Shown here piece after piece: positions 27,001 through 38,731 of a stretch of DNA of 64,000 nt. The notes under the pieces are model-generated. The model searched no databases and was not told where the DNA came from. It worked only from the letters and a program-made list of their open reading frames with translations. Source of the DNA: Azolla caroliniana (taxonomy: Eukaryota; Plantae; Polypodiophyta); the NCBI GenBank assembly GCA_043228905.1, contig JBHGNT010000010.1:8804001-8868000 (forward strand), given 5' to 3'. The translations under genes and the position numbers were made by a program. The stretch's first letter is position 1. The number at the start of each line of letters is the position of its first letter.

Positions 27001-29597
27001 ACTAGGCCGAACCTCAGCTACCAAGCCGGACTTCAGTCACTTTATGTCGCAGCCTACGACCGAACACTTTTAGTGTGCGCAAAGGATATTGCGATATGTC
27101 AGCGCACAAAAGACATGGTGTTGCTGTATCGGGCAGGCGTAGCTGAATAGATGGTTGGCTACACAGATGCTGATTGGGCCGAAAACGCTAGTGATCGTAG
27201 ATCCACATCTGGATACGCCTTCTCATTAGGAAGTGCAACGATCTCATAGAGCAATAAGATGCAGCCCATAGTAGCACTGTCGAGCACGGAGGCCGAATAT
27301 CGAGGGCGACTATTGCTACGTGCAAAGTCATTTGGCTGAAACGACTGTTACGAGATCTGCATGTGGAGGTCTCCGATTTGACGATGATCTATTGCAACAA
27401 CCTTAGCAGTATCCACCTTGCGAAAAACCATGTATTCCACACCCGGACCAAGCACAATGAGGTGCATTACCATTTTGTCCGCGAGCGGGTCCTTTTAGGT
27501 GACGTCAAACTAGCGTATGTTCCGACGGATCGACAAGTTGCCAACATTTTCACCAAGCCTCCTGGTCTCGACAAGTTGCAACATTTCTCGGGTGAGCTTG
27601 GGTTGCGTCACCGCGACACACCAAACTTGAGGGGGAGACAGGAACAAGAGAGTGAAAGTGTTAAAAACGAAGGTGCGGAAGCGTTAGACAACCAACTTAG
27701 CCAGATAGCAACAGAGAGAGAGAGAGAGAGATTAACATGTAGGAGAGACAGAGAATGAGTAGAACAACGTAAATCTATTATCAAAACAATAATAGTTCTC
27801 TGTACATACAACGTGCTCAACAACACTATTTATACAAGTCCTAAGAGGACTGATAGAGGTATAATGTACTTCAATGATCACACAAGCATCTAACACTAAC
27901 GATGAGACATTAACTACCTAGTAGTCTAGGCTGATACTAGGTTTCTGATTACTGCTTGATCTGGCTAACCGGCTCCCCAGCTCCCCAGCTTGCTTGCTCA
28001 CTAGCTCATTGATCCGGCTCATCCTTCCGGATGCCAATCCGGCTCAAAATTATTCAGCAGATCCGGATCCGGTTATGCTTGCCGCTCAACACTCCCCCTT
28101 AAGCTCAACTTGAGGTTGGATCGTAGTGTCAGTCTCCATGGCAGCTGGTCCTTCCACCCGGCTCCTTCTGGCGTCACTTCGCCTCGCTCGCGCTCCTCAT
28201 CCGGTCCCGTCCCGTTTGCCGCGACCCTTTTGATTCTGTGCACCTCGACGTCCTCGGTCGGCTTGTCAGCTCGACAGGCCCAATTAAGCTCCCTCGTTGC
28301 TGTGACTTCGGCGCTTGCGGATTCGCCGATTCCTTCGTGTTGGCGTCGACTTTCGCTGCCTTCTCGTCCTCTTGGCCTTGAATTGATCTGGTTCTTCTGA
28401 ATCGGTCTGTTGAACCGAATCAGCTGTTTCCAATTCGTTCCAGCTCTTTTCTGAATCGGTCGCTCCCAATTTGTCTTCTGGATTCAGACCCTTCACCACA
28501 TTGGACCATGTCTGGGTCTTGGCCTTCTTCTTCATCAGAATGCCGCCGCCACTGCAATATCCTTCGTGACTCTGCCGCCGCCGCTGCTGCCGCTTGTTCC
28601 GACTTGTTTGGATGTTTCAACTTCCCTTGTTGACTCGGCTCCTTTCTTCTTCTTGTCTCTTCCTTTGTCGGTTCTTCCCTCACTGGCGTAATTGGTGGTT
28701 TCTTTGCCTTTGCCCATTCCGGTGTCTTTGCCCGTTCTCCCCCTCAAGTGTGGCACGTCGAGATGCTAAACACCAAGCATTTCGGTGAAGTGCTACAGCT
28801 TGTCCGATCCGAGCGGTTTGGTGAAGATGTTAGCAACTTGCCGATCCATATGAACATACCGAAGTTCAACTTCACCGCTCAGGACACGCTCACGCACGAA
28901 GTAGTAGTGCACTTCTATGTGCTTTGTGTGAGCATGGAATACGGGGTTCTTGGCGAGCTGCATGTTGCTTATGTTGTCGCAGTAGATAAGGATCGGGGTT
29001 GGCCCCTCGATCCATAAGTCTTGCAGCAGTCGCCAAAGCCAAATGGCTTCACAGGTGGCAACAGTAGTGCCTCGGTATTCAGCCTCAGTGCTTGAAAGGG
29101 CCACTTTTGGCTGCTTTTTGCTGCTCCACGCAACAACCATGCTACCAAGGAAAACATATAGCCAGAGGTGGATCGGCGATCCGATGCATCGCTGGCCTAG
29201 TCGGCATGGGTGTAGCCAACTAGCTCTTCGGTTATACCATGCCGGTATAACAGTCCCCGGTTCTTCGTGCCGCTCACATATCGCAAAATTCGATGTGCGC
29301 ACAAAAGGTGCTCCATGGTCGTCTTCTGCATATATTGGCTGATCACGCCGATTGGATAATTGATGTCGGGTTGGGTGATTGTCAAATATATAAGGCTTCC
29401 GACGATTTGTCGGAACCGCTTCTCATCGCAGGCCAGTCTGGAGTCGGGACAGAGCTTCTAGTTCCGGTCTAGAGGTGTGGAGATCGGTCGGCATTTCGCC
29501 ATGCCGAACTTGTACAAAATATTCAACACATAGTGTCTTTGTGAGAGCAATATGCCGTCGGGGGTTCGGATCACCTCGATCCCAAGGAAATAGTGAA

Positions 29598-29624
29598 AAC
29601 ACGTTCGCGTTCACAAGTGGAAGG
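29598..29624 (+). repeat. Left terminal inverted repeat
   Basis: Exact reverse complement of 38732-38758. Confidence 0.95.
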
Positions 29625-29955
29625 ATCGCGCATAAATGGAAGGATAAGGGAAATTTTAGGGGTTTTTCAATGATTTTACAAAACACATTGATACCAGTAT
29701 CATACATGTTCAAACATACTATGAAAAAGGTTAAAAATCCACTATTTTCGTGATTTAGAAGTAACTAAAAAAAGACGAATTTCAAAAAGATACATTCTCA
29801 ATTTATATCACAAACTTCACAACCAATGTTATTTTATAAGAAACAATTTTTTAGAAATCATAAGAATTCAAAACACATGATTTTATATTACTCGATTTGT
29901 TACAAGCGGAATGTAGTTACACTTAATAGCCAAATATACATTCATGATCACTCCT

Positions 29956-32736
29956 TTACGGAGAATCACTACTATAACTAATATACAATGATGATTCCTC
30001 CTCATCATCCTCGGATGTACCAATCAGTGCATTATCTTCGTCATAAACCAAATGGTTTGACTCTAGATTATATGTAGCAGATCTCGTTTGCCTTTGACTT
30101 GAGCCACCTTGTAGACCTGGTAATTTTTCTTTTATTATATCTATTGTTGACTTCCTTAATCGTCCGGCTTTTGTAAGTGTGAAGTCGTACACGATGATAT
30201 CCACATCAGAGATATCAAGGGTCGAGGTGTTACGAATGTTTCGCTTCCTCTTCCTACCTCCCCTTCTTGTTTGGCATTCAATCATCTCCAATGTATACTT
30301 ACCTGTAAAAGCATTTGCACTTCTAGTGTTGTACCAATGAACATTTATAGACTTGATCGTGTTTTCTATTTCATGCATTAGCACTTCTAGAATTTTACCA
30401 ACCCAAAATTGGTGGCCATGTGAGTTCTCATCAGCTGGCGTTGCAATCAACATCCCCGCGGTGAGCTCTTGCAAATTTCCTTGCCATCTAGCTTCGGCTG
30501 CTTTGGTCATCCTTGGTCCCACATAAATGTCTCTTTGTTGTGGATGGACCAAGCTGTCATTAATCACATTTACTAGTTGCTCTGAACTTCTATTTACGCG
30601 ATCATGTTGCAACGACCATGTGAATGGCGTTTCCAAATTCCAATTATCAACAGATACACAATTGTCTATAATTTCTTTCTGATCACTATAAAATACATCC
30701 CACCATGACGTGTCTTGTTGTGCAGCATATTTCTTGGCGGCCTCAATATGCTTTCTTTTTTCTTCTAAGGCTTGGAGCCATGACCGTTTTTGTTCTGATA
30801 CCAAGTCGCTCTGCAACTGTCCTTTCTTCTCAATTGGCATTTGCTTAGCTCCATGGACAATTGTACTCGGCATACAAAGTAATACCTGGCAACCACCTTC
30901 AGGTTCCCATGTTGTAGAAGATGAATATTGTTTGGCATACAAAAGTGTAGAACCACTTATTCCATTTTTCTTTATCAAAAAAATGTGATTGAAACTTATA
31001 TTGTTTAACTGAGCAAGCACTTTAACATTCCCACCACCCCCATCTAATATATATCTCTTAAAGTCATATACCTCCTTCAAGTGTAACACTTTTGGGCGTG
31101 GTGTATAAGCATCACAAATGACATCAAATAGTTTAGGTAAAGTGAAAGCATCATGCCGAGACAACTGTCTGGAGAATGTGCTAAACATCTGATCTATATG
31201 GTCATGTGTGTGGCCAACCAAAAGGAAATTGACTTTCACTTTCCTAAACAATTCTAGGTTGACCAACATACTTAGATAGCCAAATACAGTTGAATTTTTG
31301 TTCTCTCTAGCAGTATTGTCCAATTGAATGTATAGAACAGGGGGGAAAGGTTGTCCCCAAGACATCAAAACTCGGTGAATCACTGTAACTGTTAGGTTAG
31401 GGTCATTGTGAACATTGGGGTAAGTAATGAAGACGTGAGGTCGAACAGACCTATTATAAGCCAAGCATCCCACCAAGTGCATTTGAACAAGGCACTCATC
31501 ATTGACATCTTTGGGGAGCCTCTGCATATGCGGCAAGCATGTCTTCTTCTGGTCCATGCCATCTATCATTAAGCACATGTATTGTTCGGGCCTCTTCAAA
31601 CACTTCTCTCTATGATGCATCACCTTCCTTCGTTCTAAGGATTGTGCCTCACGATGCTCTTGTAGTAACTTCTTACTCGTATCCTTTTCCATTGATGTCT
31701 TTGCACCTTTAGCCAAACTTTTAAGATTTGCACAAATGGAGCAATACCCCATACGTACTTTACGAGGAATAATAACATTTGAAAACCGAGCTCTCCATAA
31801 TCTTGTGAATTGGCTATATGTGATCGACTTATTACGTGAGCCCAGCATATCAGATCGATAGACATCATAAACTTCCCGACGTGTATAATTATCAGAAAGA
31901 TGCATCCTACTTGTAGTGGGCATTACTTCACAATTTAACTGAAAGTAAGTTTTCATCCAGCCAATAGTTAGTCTTCCAATTGCACCTTTCATACTTGGAA
32001 CCTCTTTACAATTGAGCATCTGATCCCCGCTAAGTAGACGTTGTTGTACTCTATGTAGCCGCATGTTACTAACACATAACGCAATTTTGAATGCAACTCT
32101 ACATATTTGTTGCGCATGGAAGATATAATACTCGAATGATACTTTGATCCCCGTACATTTGTCAGATACTAGTTGCATATGTGACTCGAGGCAAGTGTCT
32201 TGTTCATCACCGGTCATCGAAAAATAGTATCGCCTTAATTCTCGCAACTTTGATTTTCCAATCATAGACATACAACCACGGGCACAACATATTTTGTTGA
32301 CATCAAATCCAATCTGTTTATCTGATGTCACCAAGCTAAATCTAGCTAGACGAATTCTTCGTGGGATTCTTCTAATATGCATAGGGCTCCTAGATTTCTC
32401 TTCCTGCATAGAGGTTGGTGTAACCTTGTTACAGTCTAATTCTTTGCTGTGACCATCGCCAATGTTATTCAATGTTTCCTGGGCACTTCCTTCATTCTCG
32501 GTATCTTTATTAATATCGTATTCTTCAATAGAGAACTCTTCACATGTGTTATTATTTACATTCCCTGTAGATGAGCTCAGACAATATTCTTCGATAGAAT
32601 ATGGTGAGTCGGTCGACAGACAATATTCTTCAATCGAATATGGTGACTTTGATGACAAACAATACTCTTCAGTAGAAAACGATGGGTCTGATGACAAACA
32701 ATATTCTTCAATCGAGAACGGTGAATCTTCACTCAT
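29956..32736 (-). CDS. Intact 926-aa DDE/D transposase, Sola1-like (DUF7869-type motifs)
   Basis: Uninterrupted ORF inside the TIRs. Acidic motifs MIDGMDQ, IQLDNTARENKN and FLLVGHTHDHIDQMF; Cys clusters CCARGC, ICRVAF and CSICANLK. Superfamily assigned by motif recognition only. Confidence 0.82.
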   Translation of the reverse strand: MSEDSPFSIEEYCLSSDPSFSTEEYCLSSKSPYSIEEYCLSTDSPYSIEEYCLSSSTGNVNNNTCEEFSIEEYDINKDTENEGSAQETLNNIGDGHSKELDCNKVTPTSMQEEKSRSPMHIRRIPRRIRLARFSLVTSDKQIGFDVNKICCARGCMSMIGKSKLRELRRYYFSMTGDEQDTCLESHMQLVSDKCTGIKVSFEYYIFHAQQICRVAFKIALCVSNMRLHRVQQRLLSGDQMLNCKEVPSMKGAIGRLTIGWMKTYFQLNCEVMPTTSRMHLSDNYTRREVYDVYRSDMLGSRNKSITYSQFTRLWRARFSNVIIPRKVRMGYCSICANLKSLAKGAKTSMEKDTSKKLLQEHREAQSLERRKVMHHREKCLKRPEQYMCLMIDGMDQKKTCLPHMQRLPKDVNDECLVQMHLVGCLAYNRSVRPHVFITYPNVHNDPNLTVTVIHRVLMSWGQPFPPVLYIQLDNTARENKNSTVFGYLSMLVNLELFRKVKVNFLLVGHTHDHIDQMFSTFSRQLSRHDAFTLPKLFDVICDAYTPRPKVLHLKEVYDFKRYILDGGGGNVKVLAQLNNISFNHIFLIKKNGISGSTLLYAKQYSSSTTWEPEGGCQVLLCMPSTIVHGAKQMPIEKKGQLQSDLVSEQKRSWLQALEEKRKHIEAAKKYAAQQDTSWWDVFYSDQKEIIDNCVSVDNWNLETPFTWSLQHDRVNRSSEQLVNVINDSLVHPQQRDIYVGPRMTKAAEARWQGNLQELTAGMLIATPADENSHGHQFWVGKILEVLMHEIENTIKSINVHWYNTRSANAFTGKYTLEMIECQTRRGGRKRKRNIRNTSTLDISDVDIIVYDFTLTKAGRLRKSTIDIIKEKLPGLQGGSSQRQTRSATYNLESNHLVYDEDNALIGTSEDDEEESSLYISYSSDSP

Positions 32737-33437
32737 GGCTTAATGTCTAGATAGGGCTCTCTAAGTTATGGGCTTAGGGGAAAGAAAAAAACTAATAAGC
32801 TCCTCTCTAAACATATACTCCTCTCTAAACATAAACTTCTCTCTAAACAAAAGCCAAATCAATAGAATGTCTATATTATGTAATATACTATTAATACAAT
32901 ACATCAAAAAATTATTTTTAATAAAGTAATTGTACTTAAAATATCAATTATTATATAAACTAGATCTATATAAAGTTAAATCAAGTAAAATATAAAACTA
33001 ATCATTAACAAGCCATGAATATGTTGGATTAATGTTAAAATCATTGGCTAATTAATGGCACCCATTTTGATATAGAACGACTCACTCATTGGTTCTTTAA
33101 TGCTCACCATTTTAAATATTAGACTTATCAATCATTGGTTAATTTATGCCCACATCTTTAATACACAACATTTGAGAGTCATAAAAATTGTTGGTTTTAG
33201 TAATCAATCATTGGTACATTCATGAACCTCTATCATTGTCTCATTCATAACCTTTGAAGTCATTGTAGGTTGTTATGACTATAAAAGATTGATCAATATG
33301 GTAGTTTGACTTTGTAATCATTAATACAATCATAAGTTTCTCTAGTTAATGTGACTATGGTTACCAACTAACTATCCTCAAAGTTACCAACCTTGGTTAA
33401 GGTGAGTATGGTTACTTTAACCAATGTGTTCAATCCC

Positions 33438-33445
33438 TATAAATA
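33438..33445 (+). promoter_or_regulatory. TATA box of the cargo methyltransferase gene
   Basis: cc-TATAAATA-gg about 150 bp upstream of ATG 33589, followed by a pyrimidine/CA-rich initiator-like ttcactcac. Confidence 0.6.
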
Positions 33446-33588
33446 GGAAGACCTCGTCATATTTCACTCACTAGAGCGTACAGAGCGTACAGAGCACACA
33501 GAACGTAGAGAGCACACAGAGCACACAAAGCACACAGAGCACAAAGCACGAAAGCGCGATCTCCGCCTCCACTTCCACACGATCAAAC

Positions 33589-36500
33589 ATGTCTTCAAAG
33601 AGAATCGAGCGCGAGGACTCCAGGTAGGCCTCTGACATTGTGGACATTTTTGTAAATATGTTTCGTTTCTCAAGAACTCGATACGCCGTATCGAGTTCAT
33701 GTATACAATACAAATATTTATACATGAACTCGATACGGCGTATCGAGTTCATAATTTAATTTTGCATTTTATACAGGAACTCGATACGGCGTATCGAGTT
33801 CTTGTTTAAAGTGTAGGTTTTAGACAGCGTATCGAGTTCGTGTTTAAAACCTACACTTTAAACACGAACTCGATACGGCGTATCGAGTTCCTGTTTAAAG
33901 TTTGAATTTTAAACAGGAACTCGATACGCCGTATCGAGTTCCTGTTTAAAGTTTAGGTTTTAAATACGAACTCGATACGCCGTATCGAGTTCCTGTTTAA
34001 AGTGTAGGTTTTAAATAGGAACTCGATACGCCGTATCGAGTTCCTGTATATAAGAAGGCTTTGAGAGAGAAAAATTGTATTTTTGGGGGAACAAATAATT
34101 TTGGGATGGAAAAGTTATCAAATTGTCTGGCAAAATCAGTCTTTTTATGTTGGCTTTCCTTACTTTTAAAAAAAAACATGCTCTAATTATAGGTGTTTTA
34201 TGACCTACTTTAGCTTAAAATAGTAGAAAATGATCCACAAATTGCCTTTACGATAGCAAATTCTCGTCAATATAGGTTTGGAATCTATATAAGTCATACC
34301 TACTATTTAAAAGAATATATAACCCTTTTTACTTATTACGATATATATTTTCTAGGTTGAATAGCCCTGCCTATAATAGATTTTTGAATATAGGACTGCT
34401 CCTGGGAACTGTTCTTCATGTTAATATACAACCTTAATCTACGTGACTACCTAACTTATGTTTTTGCATATACTTTCTTAAATAGGTCGTTTGAAAACCT
34501 GTCGGACCGACCGGTGAAGAAAATAAAGCTTCACATACAAGGTTCTCCAATCGAAGCCCAGACCAAGGTAGCTCCTGAGACCATGAAGAGAGGAAAAAAG
34601 CTTCTCTTTAACGAAGAGACAAAATCTCAGCCACATAGTGATGTTAGCCAAAAGAAACTTGTCGCCGCTACTGGAGGTGAAGACCTTCCTGACCGAGATC
34701 TAACGGACAAGGAATGGTGTATGCAATATGTCGACTCAAAGAAAAAAGTCGTATTGTATACAACAAAGAAGAAGGGTGAGGGGCAACTTGGAAAGGAAAC
34801 CCCATTTATGTATGGCCGTATTCTATGATTTGACTACGAAGATGCAGATTCGGCCAACATACTGGTAATGATAGAGTGCTCCAAGGGGGTACGTAAAGTG
34901 TTCCTTTCAGAAGACCTTTTAGTAAAAGAATCTTGTGGGCCAGAAGTGTTCAAAAAAGCACTTGATAGCTCACAAAACCTTATTATTACCTTGAGGCCTT
35001 ATATACAAGGCCATGTAACTCTAAGAGATGAAGTGCCCTCCCCATTGAAGCCAACAAAAAAGGTTTCCAAAGTCCAGTCAAGACCAGCAAAGAAGAAGAC
35101 AACGAAAATGTCGGATACGGATTCAACAAGTGAAAACGAAGAGGAGGATAATAAGGGGACGCCAGGAGCTGAGCTGGCCTCGGGTGTTTTGTCATCCGAG
35201 CAGAATAAAATAAGGAGTGAGTTAATGCAACGGAAGCTGGTCAGGAAAGGGCAAGTATTTAATTTACCTATAACACACATCCATCGGCCCCCTATTGATG
35301 AAAAAACAGGTCGAAGACCACTTGAGATTAGAGACCCTCACCGCATGCATGTTCCAAATCTCAAGAAAAAAATGAAAATTAATCCTCATGCCACTGTGGT
35401 GCCTTTTATTGTTATGGTAGATCCTGAAGAATGTGAAACCATTAAAGATTTTGATATTAGAAAACATGATCAATATAATTATTTTGTCATTGGTGGATCG
35501 CATTCAGCAGAGGCACGTCGGCAACTTGTGAGAGAACATCCAACCACTTTCTTCTTCAAGTATGCCGAGTGCAAAATTTATGTTGGGCTCACAACCGAAG
35601 AGGCTAAGCTGTTGGCATGGGACCATAATAATGATAATGACTATAGGCAGAAAATATCGTCCATTGAGCGTATACGGTTCTTCCACCACGAGTATTTAGA
35701 TGTGAAACAAAAGTTTGGTGTGAAGTTACATCCAGGCCTTCGACGTCAATGTCTGCATGAAGTTAGCATTGTGGTAGATGATAATGTTAGGTCCGATGGT
35801 CTTTGAAAGTATGAGTCTTGGTTTCAATTGGCGTTTAGAGATGGAGAAGTATGGGACCTACAAGATCAAATCTTCTCAATGTGGGAGAATAAGGAGGTAA
35901 AGGGTCAACGACAAAAGAAATGTAGGGTTGACCCTCAACTAGAGTTAAAGTCACAAGCCGCCAAGAAAATTGACTTGACAATTGAAGAAGCGGTAGATGA
36001 CATGAAGCTGTCTCTATGGAGAGCGATGCAAGGTATTAAGGACGAGCAGCTTCTTGTGTCGGTTTTGTCAAGGGTTGTGGCGAAAGATTTAAGCCTTGAA
36101 GAAATGGTCACTGAGTTCAATAAGTAAGTCCCTCAAATACTGAAATTGTAGTCTATCTAGTGTAATTCAAAGTTCTAATCTTGATTTCTAATTTTACAGT
36201 CATAAGGTGTACATGAAGATCCAAGAAGTTATGATGAAACAACTTGGATGTATAACTTGGGAACAAGTGACCGAGGATTATCCTCTAACGTCTTCGTATA
36301 AGGCGTTATCAGAGTATTTTATTGCATTCAAGGATTGGGTTAGTATTCATTTTTTTCATTACCCTTTCATCATATGTAGAGCTTGTATAATAATACCTGA
36401 TGTCCTATTGCTTCTATTAGAAACCGTGTCGAGGCAAGAAACAAGGAGAAGTTAAGGATATACACGATTTCCCTACATCCTTCCTTGCACATCTCGAACG

Positions 36501-37710
36501 AGCCAGAAAAGAAAAGGATCGTCGCTTAGTCAAGGCGTACGAAATGGAGGAAGATGGCTCCTTTAAAAAATTTAGCCACAAAAAAGATATTACAAGAGAT
36601 CTTTACTACAATGTGGTTTGCGGTGATGTCATCGACTTGATCCAGAAGGTGCCAAAGAAGGAATATACGCTAATGATTGCGGATATTCCTTACGGATTTC
36701 GAATGGCTGGGTCATCATACGACGATGAACCGTTTAGGTTTAAACAATTGGAGAAGATGGTCAAGGATTTCGCTGAGCTAACGACCGCATCCTTGTGGCG
36801 AATAGTTGTCTTTCATAGTATGGACCAAGGGTACTCGATAGCTCAAGCTTTGAGATCTTGTTGCCATGGCATCGAGAACCTTGCATGGTAAGGATTATTT
36901 ATAGGTGTCTTTCACTATATTGCATTTCTTAAGGTTGTTGAATCTATTCTTAACTCGATGTATTATTTTTTATAGGATCAAGACCAATGTAAATAGAGGG
37001 CCAACTTTTCGGTTCATTAATGCCATTGAATACATAACGGTTGGCTACTTTGATGAAATTAAGAAACAGAGAATCAAAGAGCATTCTAATGAAGTGGGAG
37101 GTTCAAATCTGTTGGTATATCCAGTAGTGACTCAGAAATTGCGACATGTCACCACGACAGAACGGGGACTTGTCAACCCATACCAAAAACCTCAACGACT
37201 TATGATGCGCTTGATCGAGATGTTTTCTGTCGAAGGAGACTGGATATTAGATCTCTTTTCTGGCACAGGTATTCCTCAAACTAGGGTAACGATCTTGAGA
37301 TAACCAATCACTTTTTTTTCGTTTGACAACTAAATCTTCTTGTTACTTACATCACAGGAACTACTTCAGCATGTGCATTGAAGCTGTTTAGAAATACAGT
37401 TGCATTGGAGAAGGACGAGGACCAAGTTATATTTATTAATATGCGGATTAAGGCTTTGTGGGAGTGCCCAGACCAAGATGAGGAGGTCGGTGCAAAGAAC
37501 CTCGCCAATACAGAAAGGTTTCAACCTGCTTCGCGAGAGCCTATTCCTCCGTTAGCCGGCGAACCGGGGGAGCTAATAGAGCTTGATGATGAGCTTATAG
37601 AAGATATTTCGTTGGCTCAGCTAACAGGGGAAACCAATGCACGTATAGCCGAAGACAGTTCTACACAAGATGATGAAGAAAATGACGTTGATGAATTGAT
37701 TGCTATGTAA
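33589..37710 (+). pseudogene. ParB/Srx-like domain + beta-class N6-adenine/N4-cytosine DNA methyltransferase fusion. Exons 33589-33623, 34486-36123, 36200-36338, 36421-36887, 36976-37268, 37358-37710 (~974 codons; two in-frame TGA)
   Basis: Five GT-AG introns join all ORF pieces in frame (2925 nt). MTase motifs LMIADIPYG (IV), AWIKTN, NPYQKPQRLM..LI, EGDWILDLFSGTGTT (I), RNTVALEKD. ParB-like YFVIGGSHSAEARRQL...LAWDHN. TGA at 34826-34828 and 35804-35806. Confidence 0.85.
33674..34043. repeat. Array of 7.5 perfect 25-bp palindromes (gaactcgatacg-S-cgtatcgagttc), ~51-bp period, in intron 1 of the cargo gene
   Basis: Full copies start at 33674, 33726, 33777, 33866, 33917, 33968 and 34019; half copy at ~33827-33839. 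Confidence 0.95.
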
Positions 37711-38731
37711 TAGACTCTATGAAGAATATGACACTGACGATTTGTTAAGATTTCACATTATTAATACAAATATTGGGTTTTACCTAGTGGATTCTATTCT
37801 TTATAATCTTCTATATGTTTCAATTTTATTTTTATATACTTGATTAGTAGATTTATGACATTGGTTTCACCGCGTGCATAGCTGACTACCAAACTTATGG
37901 AGAAACATGAACTAGTTTAAATGGAGGCTGATTTTGGTCCAAGCTAACCTTAACAGAACATGGCCCTATAATTGTTGCCATGACTGTCCATGTTGTTATT
38001 ATGGATCTTTGTCTTCTATTGTTAAAACTATTATGTTTCTATTCCATTGCTGCTTAGATTGTGTAGTGTGTTGATAATGGTTCCAGTTGCGTTATTGTTC
38101 GGAGTTTGATCTTGTGTGAATCACCTAAGCAATAGAGTAGACCAATTTTAAATACAGGTATGAAAGCCTAATAGGTTTGTTATTTCCACGACATTATCCT
38201 AAAGTTAACTGCCTTACATTGTGCACAATTATATACACATATGGTTTGATCTCATATGAACAAACTGAGGAATAGATTAGATCAACTTTAAATACAAGTA
38301 TTGAATACTTTAATAAGTTAGTTATTCCAATCACTTATCCTAATGTGCACTATCCTACATTTTCCACAATTACATACATGCACGTATGGGTCAAAGTATA
38401 AATTATATCTCATTTTATTAGTATGGATACAAGTACACCTCATATTTTTGTAAAACTTACCTAATTAATATAAGTCTTTAAGTTAGTGTTTCCCTTGTCG
38501 CACAGTAGTGCCATATTGAGCCATAGTTGAACTTTATTATGCCTACATTAACTTATCAACATGTCTAAACTTGCATGATTTCTAATGATCTCCACTCGTA
38601 GATCTATCATGTATTTTTATATTTGCAAATTCTCATCAAGTTGAGGAACATGTGATACTAGTGCATCCAATTTTTGTAGAGAGGGTGTATTTGCTTTGTT
38701 TTAAGAAGATTCTACAAGTGGAATGCGCAAA

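Noticed and set aside
33674-34043. CRISPR-like look (palindromic ~25-bp repeats with ~26-bp spacers)
   Set aside because: Spacers are near-identical or inverted copies of each other, there are no cas genes, and the array lies in a spliceosomal intron in eukaryotic DNA.
34418-37710. Treating the separate plus-strand ORFs here as independent genes or an operon
   Set aside because: They join into one frame through canonical splice sites and two single TGA codons.
38105-38385. ~140-bp imperfect duplication in the 3' non-coding part of the TIR element
   Set aside because: Real and also present in copy 2, but has no ORF or distinctive structure, so no functional claim can be made.
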